DNA of 64,000 nt from Macrostomum lignano (GCA_002269645.1 NIVC01003283.1:40569-104568), one strand, 5' to 3'; counted from the first letter of the stretch, positions 1 to 12,239 are shown. Numbers and translations: made by a program. Notes: a model not told the origin generated them from the letters alone.

Positions 1-2270
1 AGTAACTCCTTCTGCAGGTGGTAGACCTCCGGCGGCGCAGCTCGTCAACATTGTGCACAGTCCGCTGGAGAGCGCCTTCTCTCTGGCGCAGCTTCTTGAT
101 CTCCAGTTTCAGCACGCGAATGTCCTCCAAGCGCTGGTTGTAACTGGCACTTCGCCCTTGTTCAGCAGCGACTGCTGGATCTTGATCTTCTCGTACAGCA
201 GGGCCAGCTCGTCGTTGCGACGAACCAGCTGCGTGCCGAGGATGTCCCTCTCGCTGACCAGCTTGTCCAGCTCCTTCTTCTGGCGAAGTCTCTCGGCATC
301 CGCCTCGTTGATCATCTTAGTCAGTTTCTTCTTCTCAACCTCCTGAGCCTCGATGTAGTCGCTGTTCTCCTTGTGCAGCTTTTTCATAGCCTGCAGCTCT
401 TTGCTGAGCTGGTCCTTCTCCTTCTCCACCTTCTGTCGCTCCATGTTCTCCTTGACCAGCTGGCCGTCCTTCATGGCCGTCTCCTCCTTCAGCTGGTCAA
501 TCTGGTGCGACATGATCTTGTGCTTCCGCTTCAGTTCCGTGATCTCATCCTGGGCCTCGATCAGGTTCTTGCTGTACAGGTTTCGGTCGCTGCGGACGGC
601 CTCGTACAGATTCTGCTGCTGCCGGAGGCGAGTCTCGGCCTCGGCAATCTTCTTCTTGTAGTCGAAGATCTGCATTTCGCGCACCTTCACATCCTCCATA
701 TGCTGTAGCACCTTCTGCGTCAGGTCTGAGGCCTCGTTGATGTACCGATCTCGCTCCTTTTCCAACTGGTAGATGATCTTCGCTGTTTCTGCGCCTCATC
801 TTTGTAGTTCTCAATCTCCTGCTCCAGAGTTTTCTTCGAGGCCTCGTGCAGCTTCACCATGCCGCGCTGCTTCTCCGTGGCGTTGGCCGCCTTGATGAGA
901 TTTTTGTTGAGAATGTCGCGCTCTCTGGTCAGCTCGTCGACAACCTTCTTGTCCTGTTCGTTGGCCTTCTTGATCAGGTCCATCTCTGCACAATGATGAT
1001 GGGACGGTGTTAGCGCGTGATAGAATCTCTTTTTGTAGGAACTGGTCCTCTAAACCAGTTCATGCATTCAAAGCCTGGTCTTACCCTTCTCCATGCCGTG
1101 AATCTCATTCTTGAGCTGTTCTCTCTGGCCTTCCAGGTTGCTTTTGTTGTCCTCGGTGAGGCGCAGCTTTCGTAGCGTCGTCTCGCGAACTCGCACGAGC
1201 TTTTGAATTTCACTCTTCAGCGAATTCACTTCGTCCTCGCGTTGCTGTGTTGTTGGTAAGACAGTGGAAATGTTTATTCCTGCTTTGAATATTTATTTTA
1301 AATATAGAATATCAGGTAATTATTTTAGACCATTAACTCACCTTGAGCTCTAGAGTCTTCGACTGGTTGTCTCCGATGAGCTGCTGCACCCGCTGACGCT
1401 GATCGTTGAGTACCATTGTGTCATCCTTGATCTTGGTCTCCAGGAAGTGCTGGTGCCGCTGGGCCTTCTCCAGCTCGGCTTTGGTCGCTCGGATCTCCTC
1501 CTCTCGGGTTTTGTTCTCCTGGGTCACCCCGGCCAGCCGAGATCGCAGAGTTTGAATCTCGCCCTCTTTAGCCTCGGCTTCCGCTTTCGCCTGTTTGAGA
1601 TCGCGCTCCATTTTCTCCTTCTTGCGCTGCTCGCGGGTGGCCTCGCTGTTCTTGGTTTGGATCTCCTGCTCCAGCTCGGCCACCTTCGTCTGACAGTCGG
1701 TCAGGTCCGTCTCCAGCCGCAGCTTTTGCGACTTGTTCTCTTCAAGCTCATCTCTCAGATGGCTGTTCTGCTGCATGAGTTCGTCGCGCTGCTTCGTAAG
1801 CTCCTCCTTTGCCTCAAGCAGCTCGCTGACGTTCTGATCCTGACCAGAGGTTAAGCCTGCACCCTGCTCCACCAGCTTGCTGAGATTGGCGATTTCCAGT
1901 TTCAAGCTCTGGATAGTGTCGCGAGCTCGGCCTCTTTGTCGTGAGCAGCGTCCACCATCTTCCAGGCTTTCTCGATCTCCTTTTTCAGCGAAGCAATGGT
2001 AGCCTGGTCTTCCTCTGAGAGTTTCAATGCAGAGGTCATCTTGGCCGAGTTGGCCACAATTTCAGCCTTGAGCTCGCGGCACTTCTGCATCAGTCGCTTT
2101 TCGCTTTCGTGGCTCTTTTGCAGGGCGCGCATCAGCTTCTCGTATTCGAGTTTGAACTTGTCCAGGCCTTTGTTGCCCTGCAGCTCCTGCAGCACTTCCT
2201 GGAAGTCTTTCTCAAGCGTGTCGAACGCTGAGTCATCCATCATACCCTTTTCCTTTCGGTCCTCCTTCTC
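1..2270 (-). CDS. CFAP58: Cilia- and flagella-associated protein 58 (CCDC147), partial. Exons 2270-1342, 1244-1085 and 985-<1, with several apparent small frameshifting indels.
   Basis: Translations DDSAFDTLEKDFQEVL, EIEKAWKMVDAAHDKE, KERDRYINEASDLTQK, QQQNLYEAVRSDRNLYSKNLIEAQDEI and RRNDELALLYEKIKIQQS match CFAP58 as I recall it. GT-AG sites are phase-consistent (AAG|gtgagt at 1342/1341, G|gtaag at 1085/1084, tgcag|AG at 986/985). An acceptor at 2271 precedes in-frame EKEDRKEKG-MM, so the true start may lie in an upstream exon. Confidence 0.95.
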
Positions 2271-3602
2271 CTGTGAACAAGTTAGTATGGTTTAAATTCT
2301 TAAAGTTGATTATAAAGTACCAGCTATCCTTTAATTCTATAAGTTGACGATGTTTGCTTTCATATATTCAAAATTATTTCCTTGCCAGCAAAAATTGTAG
2401 CCATTCGTAGCAATCGTGATTTCATAAGGTGGCATACAAATAATAATCACATTTATTCAGATAAGCAAATATATCTAAATTGTTTAAAATATAATGTATG
2501 TTTGTCTATATTGTTATTTTATGAAACTGTGCATTAATGACATTTACATGATTGACCGATTAAGAAAAGCATCAGAAAACTGGAAACTGGAAGCATCAGG
2601 AACAAGCTCTTAGCATTTATCGATACATCATGGACATTATTATCAAACAATGTCTTGGTAATTTCAGTCTCAGCAATTTTACAATATAGTATTGTATCTT
2701 TTTAATCCAGATTTTGGTTTTGGGTTAGATTAATTTTGGTCTTGTTGGTTAATAAATCTTGGTTAATAAATCTTTAAAGATAAATTTTCTTAATTTTTAA
2801 AAATAGTTCTCTTTTCAGAATAAAATTTCACTCTTGGAAAAAATGGAAGAAAAATTCTATAAGTAAAAAATCTTACCTCAGTCATTTCAGTGCCTTTGTG
2901 CACTTACTTTGAACGCTTTATACAGGTGTTCTATATACTATTGTAAGTTGGAATTGAATGAATCTTCTGTTGTGCGACGATTTTCGGAACAAATAATTTC
3001 AATGCAAGATTCAAACAGTCTCGTTAGTATTGGTTTCCATAGGTTATGTGTACTTTTTTGCTTTAATGATTAATTAAGTTCGTATAAAACCTGTATACAT
3101 ATGAATAATATTTTCTTAAAATGAAATCTAGTCGCAAAGACACAGAGAAAAAAGTAGGTTTTGTTTTAATGTATAACTTTTTCCGCAACTTAAAACCGTT
3201 GGACGAACGAAACGAAGCAAGACAGTTCCTATCGTCACAAGCCCATCTTAATTCGTGGTTTTGTATTCTAAATTTTGCTATATTGTTTTAAAGCCTACTA
3301 CAGTTTCTAAATTTTTAGAGTTCGATTAACATCGGATTTAGCAATTTTTTACTTCACTTTTAAATAATTAAAGAATCGTTTATGCACCATGTAGTTCACG
3401 TACGTGTTTGTTAAATTGTTAAGAATAAAAACTATTTCAACATTTAGATTGATAGTTTTTTACTTTCAATAGTTTTCTAACTTAAGTTATTTGATATCTG
3501 GTAAATTCAGAAACATTCCTAACTAAATTAAAAGACCTTAACTTGCTTGCATATAGGGACTTCTAATTGAAAAAAGTTTTTTCAAATTTTAACATTCAAC
3601 AT

Positions 3603-3677
3603 TGCGTATACCAAGGACCACTGTAGTAGTGGGGTTCGTGTTGGCAGAGTGCTTCTACTACAGTGGTCCTTGACGCA
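3603..3677. other. Inverted repeat / hairpin with perfect 18-bp arms and a 25-nt loop
   Basis: caaggaccactgtagtag (3612-3629) is the exact reverse complement of ctactacagtggtccttg (3655-3672). tgcgt (3603-3607) and acgca (3673-3677) extend the stem past a 4-nt bulge. Confidence 0.9.
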
Positions 3678-4867
3678 TGTATGCATAGATACACACGCTC
3701 GTATAAGTACTAAGTAATCTAAAATTAGTGAGTTCTAGGAAAGAGTTTTGCAAAAGAATCGGTGACAATAAATAACAACAAAAAATTCTGTGCATTAAGT
3801 ACAACGCGTTCGTTGCAGGCCGGCTGATTAATTATATGAAGCCGTATTTAAGACAAAGAGACAAAATGAGTCACATGAGGCCTAATTATAAATTATGTAT
3901 TGAATTATTTTGTATTCAATGGATTATTATGAATTCCATTGTGCTGCTTTCGTTTTTTATACGCTCGTACATTGTGCAATTTATAGCTTTTTGCGTTCTA
4001 GTTTGAACTGCGGGCTTTTAATTTGGACACAGAAGTCAAGCAAAGCCCAGAGAATGCTGGCTAGTCTATGGCACAAACCAGAAGCAACTGACGGGCTTTT
4101 AAATTCGACAGTCATATTCGAATCAAATTTTTAACAAACACCAATTTACCATCTGAGGCCACAGATTCAAAATATTTATTATTTTCATAGAAAAATCTAA
4201 ATATAACCCGCAGCTTATAAAACACGGCATTTCACCCATCATTCATCCGGAAAAATGGAGAAATCTGAGACCGAAATCGTGGACGATTTTATCCAGCCTC
4301 GACAGGCCAGCCCAAGCTCTCGATATTCCGATTCGAAATTCGAGATTCGACAGGAAGCTATAAAGATCCCAGTCGCATAAATCCGTGTGGGATTAGCAGC
4401 ATCCACCGCCGCTGGTACAGTATAAGCCATTAGCAAAGTGCCCCACCCATCACTTCATTCTCTCTCCCTCCTGTTTCTCTCTCTGTCCGTCTGAGCGCTC
4501 CCTCCAGCGCCACTATTGGCCCATCCGTAGACACTGTTGCCGTTGGGAGGGGCCGCCGGCCTGCGCCACTGGCAAGTTTTTGGGCACGGCGCACGGCGCT
4601 AAGGTTGGTCGGGCAACACGGATGAAAGGGAGCGAGCATGCAGAGGCTGAGAGAGAGGGGGGAGGGAGAATAAAACCGGGCGTGGTTCGAGAGATCGCGA
4701 TGAGGCTCTGAGCATCTGAAACGCTCACACGAGCCACTCTGGATGCTCATCTATACTGACGCTGCGGAGATTAAGGAGCCAAACTGGTACGATATCCCCG
4801 GATTCATCTCAAGAATCTTGAGCAGTATCATCCCGGATAGCACGAGAAGACAGGGCAGCCAGCAACA

Positions 4868-7800
4868 ATGGAGACTCAATCGGGCAGCAGCGTAGGCGGA
4901 GTCTCTGGAGCTTCGGCTGAGTGAGTTCAATGATACAGAATCCCCATGGAACAGTGTGTATGAGCAGTTCAATGATACAGAATCCCCATGGAACAGTGTG
5001 TATGAGCAGTTCAATGATACAGAATCCCCATGGAACAGTGTGTATGAGCAGTTAAATGATACAAAATCCCCATGGAACAGTGTGTATGAGCAGTTCAATG
5101 ATACAGAATCCCCATGGAACAGTGTGTATGAGCAGTTCAATGATACAGAATCCCCATGGAACAGTGTGTATGAGCAGTTCAATGATACAGAATCCCCATG
5201 GAACAGTGTGTATGAGCAGTTCAATGATACAGAATCCCCATGGAACAGTGTGTATGAGCAGTTCAATGATACAGAATCCCATGGAACAGTGTGTATGAGC
5301 AGTTCAATGATACAGAATCCCCATAGAACAGTGTGTATGAGCAGTTCAATGATACAGAATCCCCATAGAACAGTGTGTATGAGCAGTTCAATGATACAGA
5401 ATCCCCATAGAACAGTGTGTATGAGCAGTTCAATGATACAGAATCCCCATAGAACAGTGTGTATGAGCAGTTCAATGATACAGAATCCCCATAGAACAGT
5501 GTGTATGAGCAGTTCAATGATACAGAATCCCCATAGAACAGTGTGTATGAGCAGTTCAATGATACAGAATCCCCATAGAACAGTGTGTATGAGCAGTTCA
5601 ATGATACAGAATCCCCATAGAACAGTGTGTATGAGCAGTTCAATGATACAGAATCCCCATAGAACAGTGTGCATGAGCAGTTCAATGATACAGAATCGCA
5701 GTGAGCTGGTGCAGAACCGAATAGCATAAACAACTAACAGATATATAAATTCCCTGGAAACCGCGTCACGCCCACACGCTTGCAGGAGCGGTGACACCGA
5801 GGAGGTGCTCAGCATGCGGAGCAGCCGCCTAGAATGCCTCACCGCCGGGCTGGTGCTCGCAGACCTGGCGCTCGTGACCCACCAGCTCGCACTGGATGCC
5901 TCCAGCGGCGAGTCCTCTGGAAATAAAAACTGTAAGAATTACAGTTGGTGCAAGAAGGAAACCAACAGTTAGAATTGATTAAAATAATCCATTTCAATAT
6001 TTCGGGACAAAAATGATTTCCAGATACGGTCACTGCTCCACCGAAATGGCAACAGGGCAGGAATCAGTTTTTCACGGCTGTTCTCATATTCAGCGTAATC
6101 TTCGTCATTGAGGTGAGTACATTCGTTTGTCGTCATGCTTTCACGTTTCCGCCTCTTATATATAAAAATATTGTTTTGTAGAGCGTCTGGCGAAATGGCA
6201 GAAATCTGATGAAACATCGACGGCTGCTTGCTTTGGATGTGAGACTTGGATTTGACGACAAATATGCTATTATTCGAATCCTAATTCAAACTTTTACCAT
6301 GTTAAACAAAACCTCAGCTGATAAGCAAGCCCTCACTCCTCCACCCACCTCACGCCTCCATCTACCTCACTAATCCAACCACTTCACTTCTCCACCCACC
6401 TCACTCCTCCACCCACTTCACTCCTCCGCCCACCTCACTCCTCCGCCCACCATACTCCTCCGCCCACGTCACTCCTCCAACCACCTCACTAACCCATCCA
6501 CCTCACTCCTCCACACACCTCACTCCTCCGCCCTCCTCACTCCTCCGCCCACCTCACTCCTCGCCCTCCTCACTCCTCCGCCCACCTCACTCCTCCGCCC
6601 TCCTCACTCCTCCGCCCTCCTCACTCCTCCGCCCACCTCACTCCTCCGCCCACCTCACTCCTCCGCCCACCTCACTCCTCCACCCACCTTACTCCTCCAC
6701 CCACCTCACTCCTCCACCCACCTCACTCCTCCGCCCTCCTGACTCGTCCAGCATCCACTCTGCAGCATCAAAACTAGAAAAAACCGTGACCCTTTTCTCA
6801 ACCAAGGCCTTCGACTGTTGCGTGTGCATCGGCAGCTGCTTGGTAAATTTCGGGCTGCACTTCAGCGGTGCCAAAAAACTGCTGCGAGACCTGCTAGCGC
6901 TGCTGGTGGCGGCTCGGCTAAGCAGGACCGTGCAGCTCTGCCGAGGTGAGCCGCTTCATAGAGCATTTGTTCAGGTAAAAATGACTTCGCGTAACTCAGG
7001 CACACCGCTGCAATGCAGGCCTGAGCTACACCGAAAAGCAGCGGCTCATTCAGCTGCTCAATAGTCAGCATCAAGTTGAAGCCGCCGGCGCTGAGAGGCT
7101 GCGAAAGCTGCAGACGGAACTGGCCAACAGGGACCTTGAGTGCCAGGACCTGCGAGCGCTCATCAAGGCAGCAACTTTGTCCAGACACCGGCTGAAGATG
7201 AGTGAGTTGCCTGGTTCAAAGTGTTTGCTTGCGGCCAGTCTGAGTATCTCATGGGTTATATCAGAATCTCATCTAAGGATCTCAAAGCTATCTCTAAAAT
7301 CTCATCTCAGTATCTCATGGGCCATCACTAAAATCTAATCTCAGAATCTTACAGCCAATTCTAAAAATCTCATAGCCAAATTTAAAATCTCATCCAGTAT
7401 CCCATAGCCAAATCTAAAATCTCATCTCAGTATCCCATAGCCATCTCCAAAATCTCATCTCAGTATCTCATAGTCATCAATGAAATCTTATCTCAGTATC
7501 TCATGGGCCATCATTCTAAAATCTCATCTCAGTATCTCATAGCCATCCCTAAAATCTCATCGCAGAGCAACAGTTGCAAATGGAGAAGCCGCTACCAGAG
7601 CATCGAATGCTGTCACCGCCGCCATCGACTCCAACGGAGCGAGTCTCCCAGCATCAGCAGCGCCATCACCCGTACGACTCGGGGCACAGCTCGGACTCGG
7701 CGCCGGAGAGCCCGCAGGAGCCGGAGCCGGCCGCGGCAATCCAGCCAGACGAGGACCAGCAGGTGATGGGTGAAGCTGCGGCATCAGAGCAAGGACAACT

Positions 7801-9655
7801 TAAGTTTAACAAAGTGACTTCAGTGGTCCTTGCATCCGAGACCGATAAGGCTGAAGGTTCGTGCTGGTGGGTCATGGGATTATGGAAAGTGGGTCATGGG
7901 ATTATGGAAAGTGGGTCATAGGATTATGGAAAGTGGGTCATGGGATTATGGAAAGTGGGTCATGGGATTATGGAAAGTGGGTCATGGTATTATGGAAAGT
8001 GGGTCATGGGATTATAGAAAGTGGGTCATGGGATTATGGAAAGTGGGTCATGGGATTATAGAAAGTGGGTCATGGGATTATGGAAAGTGGGTCATGGGAT
8101 TATTGAATCTGGGTCATAGGATGATATAATCGGAGTCATTGGATTATTGAATCTGAGTCATAGGATTTTGGAATCTGGGTCATGGGATTATTGAATCTGG
8201 GTCATGGGATTATGGAAAGTGGGTCATGGGATGATAGTGTTGTGAGCCCCGTCCTCCGGAGCAACGCCTACAGCTTTAACCTGTCGGGAAGCTGCGACCC
8301 CCAGGTCCCCAGTCAGAGCTCCCGTCCCGCGCCCTAGGGAGAAGCAGAAAAAGGACAGTAAATCGCGAACACGAACTTACACACCGTAGCCGATGCAATT
8401 CGCCGTGCACTTTTTATGGTAGATCGACGAGTCGTTTTAGTCAATAGCCAACGGAGGCGGACCAACGCGCGCAAGGGAGGAGTCTGCCCTCCAGACAGCG
8501 ACTATATATTTTTCATTGGTCCTACGCGTACATGAATATACCTTAAGAACAAATGTACGGTACAGCAGGGGAGGTGGGCGGGGTGGCGTGATCGGCGTAC
8601 GCATTGATTATTGATTGGAGGGGTGGGGCAGACTGGAGGGTTGGGGCGGGGCAGGAGGGCGAGAAAGGGCACGATTGCACAACAATAGAATCTGGGTCAT
8701 GGGATTATGGAACGTGGGTCATGGGATTATGGAAAGTGGGTCATGGGATGATAGAATATGGGTCATGGGATTATGGAATCTGGGTCATGGAATTATGGAA
8801 AGTTCGTCATGGAATTATAGAATTATGTCATGGGATGATAGAATATGGTTTATGGGATTATAGAATCTAGGCTATGCGATTATAGAATCTCGGTCATGGG
8901 ATTATGGAATCGGGGTCATGGGATTAGAAAATCTGGGTCATGGGATTATAGAATCGGGGTCATGGGATTATAGAATCGGGGTCATGGGATTAGAAAATCT
9001 GGGTCATGGGATTATAGAATCGGGGTCATGGGATTATAGAATCGGGGTCATGGAATTAGAAAATCTGGGTCATGGGATTATAGAATCGGGGTCATGGGAT
9101 TATAGAATCGGGGTCATGGTATTAGAAAATCTGGGTCATGGGATTATAGAATCGGGGTCATGGGATTATAGAATCGGGGTCATGGTATTAGAAAATCTGG
9201 GTCATGGGATTATAGAATCGGGGTCATGGGATTATAGAATCGGGGTCATGGTATTAGAAAATCTGGGTCATGGGATTATAGAATCGGGTCATGGGATTAT
9301 AGAATCGGGGTCATGGTATTAGAAAATCTGGGTCATGGATTGTAGAATCTGGGTCATGGGATTATAGAATCTGGGTCATGAGATTATAGAATCTAGGTCA
9401 TGAGATTATAGAATCTGGTTCATGGGATTACAGAATCTTGGGTCATGGGATTATAGAATCTGAGTCAAGGGATCGATTATATAAATCTGGGTCAAAGGAA
9501 TTTAGAATTTGGGTCATAGGATTATTGAGTCGGGTCAAGGGATTATAGAATCTGGACATTCGCAACATATCAGGCAACATCAACCTATCCATCATTGCAT
9601 TGCAGTTGTCAGTGAAACAGCAGCAGCGGAAACCGCAGGCCTTGAAGGAGATTAA
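4868..9655 (+). CDS. Divergent Hv1/HVCN1-like voltage-sensing-domain protein, about 363 aa. Predicted exons 4868-4920, 5786-5931, 6024-6112, 6182-6238, 6807-6945, 7019-7201, 7566-7856, 8274-8357, 9606-9655.
   Basis: Manual splicing using only GT-AG sites gives consistent phases and a 1092-nt CDS. S1 RSSRLECLTAGLVLADLALVTHQLALD aligns with human Hv1 [27 protein letters not shown]. S2 ends in FVIE (F150/E153 equivalents), S3 is FDCCVCIGSCLVNF (D174 and S181 equivalents) and S4 is LLALLVAARLSRTVQLCRG, followed by a coiled coil. The N-terminus and the last two exons are less certain. Confidence 0.75.
4921..5697 (+). repeat. 42-bp minisatellite, about 18 copies, in intron 1 of the Hv-like gene
   Basis: Unit gagcagttcaatgatacagaatccccat(g/a)gaacagtgtgtat. 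The array starts at the gtgagt donor. Confidence 0.97.
6333..6740 (+). repeat. About 17-bp C-rich minisatellite, intronic
   Basis: Unit ctcactcctccgcccac with variants. Confidence 0.95.
7250..7562 (+). repeat. Degenerate 40-45-bp minisatellite, intronic, ending at the acceptor
   Basis: Recurring aaaatctcatctcagtatctcatagcc. The last unit runs into cgcag| at 7565. Confidence 0.85.
7867..8232 (+). repeat. 22-bp minisatellite, block 1
   Basis: Unit gggtcatgggattatggaaagt. Confidence 0.95.
8690..9555 (+). repeat. 21-22-bp minisatellite, block 2, same family as 7867-8232
   Basis: Units gggtcatgggattatagaatc(g/t). In the middle of the block they show a three-monomer (66-bp) periodicity. Confidence 0.95.
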
Positions 9656-10151
9656 TTAAGGAGCGGACTAACAAAATCTGCCAATTCTATCTTACCCATA
9701 CAAAGGCAAACTTGCTTTGAAAATACTGGACAATACTGCAATTTAAAACGCTTACTGGGCTTGGCTTTTGTGTCTATTTTGCCCAGATATTTTTCCTATT
9801 TTTGAGTTAAGGATTGTTCTCACATCTCATACGGAGTTGCTTGAGTGCTCAAATACAGCAAGAACTCAATACACACCCGATGTGAATCGCGGAAAATCAA
9901 TATTTTCAAAAGCTATAAATTAAATAATGCTCTCGGCATTGATTTTTTTAGTTATAGTCATCAACCAATTACGTTGCGATGAATGCAAGGACCAATAGGA
10001 GTTTCAGGTATTTAAACTACACTCAATCATAGCTTATACACCCAATCAGGTAGAGAATTCTATTAAAATTCGGTATCAAATGTAGAAATAAAGATCTGTG
10101 GCAAGAATATTTGCTTTGAAATTCTCCTCCTGATCGTCTTCTTATCAACTC

Positions 10152-10388
10152 GATTGGCTTCATTGTCTATGGCCGAGAGCAGTTCTGTGGTAGAGTTTAT
10201 GATTGGCTTCATTGTCTATGGCCGAGAGCAGTTCTGTGGTAGAGTTTATGATTGGCTTCATTGTCTATGGCCGAGAGCAGTTCTGTGGTAGTGTTTTTAT
10301 TGGCTTCATTTGTCTATGGCCGAGAGCAGTTCTGTGGTAGTGTTTTTATTGGCTTTATTGTCATGGCCGAGAGCAGTTTTGTGGTAGT
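10152..10388 (+). repeat. 49-bp tandem repeat, about 5 copies
   Basis: Unit gattggcttcattgtctatggccgagagcagttctgtggtagagtttat, starting at 10152, 10201 and 10250. Confidence 0.9.
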
Positions 10389-11069
10389 GGAATACGAAAA
10401 AAGCACTATCAGTCAAATATACATGTACGAGTATGGTATTTCAATTGCCGATAAGAGCGAAAACTCATAGACTAGGGGGACATTCTCCGTTTGTCTAATT
10501 ATTTGTCTTAATGCCTATGCCATGCACAATACTCTTTTGGTACCAGTGGCACTCGTGTTTGAGGCCGAGCACAGAAGTAACGGACTAATTTCTGCATACA
10601 TGCTAAGCACCTGTACTTCAAATCAGCTACAGCACTTATTTAAAAGTACACACATTTTAGTCAATGCCGCCCACACGTGTTTGATGCTTGCGCGTCATCA
10701 GATCAGCAATCAATCTTAAGCCCGCTCATCGACCCCTCCTCCCAGCCCAGGTAGCCTGTCGGAAATGTCGCACTGAACGGAATGCAGTGTCGGCAGGGAA
10801 ATTATCGACCGCGATGGCTACCCGCATGTTGTGGCCGGGTGACCCCACCCGATTTGGGCAACACGAGAAGGGGAGCAACTCATATTTCCCCTTTTGCTTC
10901 CCAGTCTCATACTTCGGGAGCACTGACTGCAACTGAAGGGAAGACAGGGCTGATTTATTCGATTTAGGATCTGATAATAACAATAAGTACAAATGGCAAT
11001 TGCAGCACCGGAGTCTGATAGAATGCTAGCAATATACTACTTGTGCAGTGATATGCGGAACAGCTGAGG

Positions 11070-11482
11070 CCGAGGGGTAAACAGGGGAGGCGGTGGGGTA
11101 AACAGGTGAGGCGGTGGGGTAATCAGGGGAGGCGATGGGGTAAACAGGGAAGGCGGTGGGGTAAACAGGTGAGGCGGTGGGGTTAACAGGGGAGGCGGTT
11201 GGGGTTAACAGGTGAGGCGGTTGGGGTTAACAGGTGAGGCGGTGGGGTTAACAGGGGAGGCGGTTGGGTTTAACAGGTGAGGCGGTTGGGGTAAACAGGT
11301 GAGGCGGTGGGGTTAACAGGGGAGGCGGTTGGGGTTAACAGGTGAGGCGGTGGGGTTAACAGGTGAGGCGGTGGGATTAACAGGTGAGGCGGTGGGGTTA
11401 ACAGGGGAGGCGGTTGGGTTTAACAGGTGAGGCGGTTGGGGTAAACAGGTGAGGCGGTGGGGTTAACAGGGGAGGCGGTGGG
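11070..11482 (+). repeat. 21-22-bp G-rich minisatellite, about 19 copies
   Basis: Unit ggggttaacagg(t/g)gaggcggt. Confidence 0.95.
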
Positions 11483-12239
11483 GTCAAGTTGAGGACAACT
11501 AAAGACCTGAAATGAAGAACAATCCATTGGAAAGAGCCGCACAGCTCACAATAATGCCATGTTGCAATTATTTGTGTATCAGTGCACAAAGTTTGCCTGT
11601 ATCCCAGCATATGACGCAGGCAGACGGAAAATATTAAATTATATTATTAAATAGTTATAACATATTATTTATTATATTAATAAACTTTGAGACGGTGAGA
11701 CAGATATCAAGGACATACGAGTACGTTTATACAGTTAGCAATTCATTGTGAGGCGCAAAAAATCCTAATTGAAAAGAGCAGAAGCTTTGGTCTGGAAATA
11801 AGGATCTGAAGAAGTGCACTGTTTAGAATAAATTAATGAGGACACTACAAAAAGCAGACTGGCTATTTGGCCAAGCGGCAAATGACAGCCAATTTGTAAC
11901 TGAAGGATTCACTCTTTTATATGTTAAATATGTTAAATTGTGGCAGAAAAAAGCCCTATTCGGCGGGTAAGGAATCTGCTTCAGTCTACAAAGCAGAGGT
12001 GGGAAACAAAAAGCAACAGACAAATGAGCAGAGACAAGCTATCAGAAGTTCTCTAAGAAAATATACTTTCTTCTCAGGAATATTATTTATGGTCTTTGCT
12101 GTGAATTTCAAAAACGATAGAAGCGTTTTTTAGATCCTACAGATTGCTCAAGCCACACACTGTGACAAAATACGAGGTATTCGAATAAGTGGAGCATAAC
12201 GCATAAGCAAATAATAAGGATAGTTGACAAAACAAAATC

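Noticed and set aside
4751-5842. 363-aa minus-strand ORF and overlapping ORFs
   Set aside because: These are translations of the 42-bp array plus the antisense of real plus-strand exons. A stop-free repeat unit explains their length.
10726-10992. Minus-strand ORF with AIAVDNFPAD, faintly like a DDE transposase motif
   Set aside because: It is short, has no other catalytic motifs or TIRs, and the resemblance is within chance.
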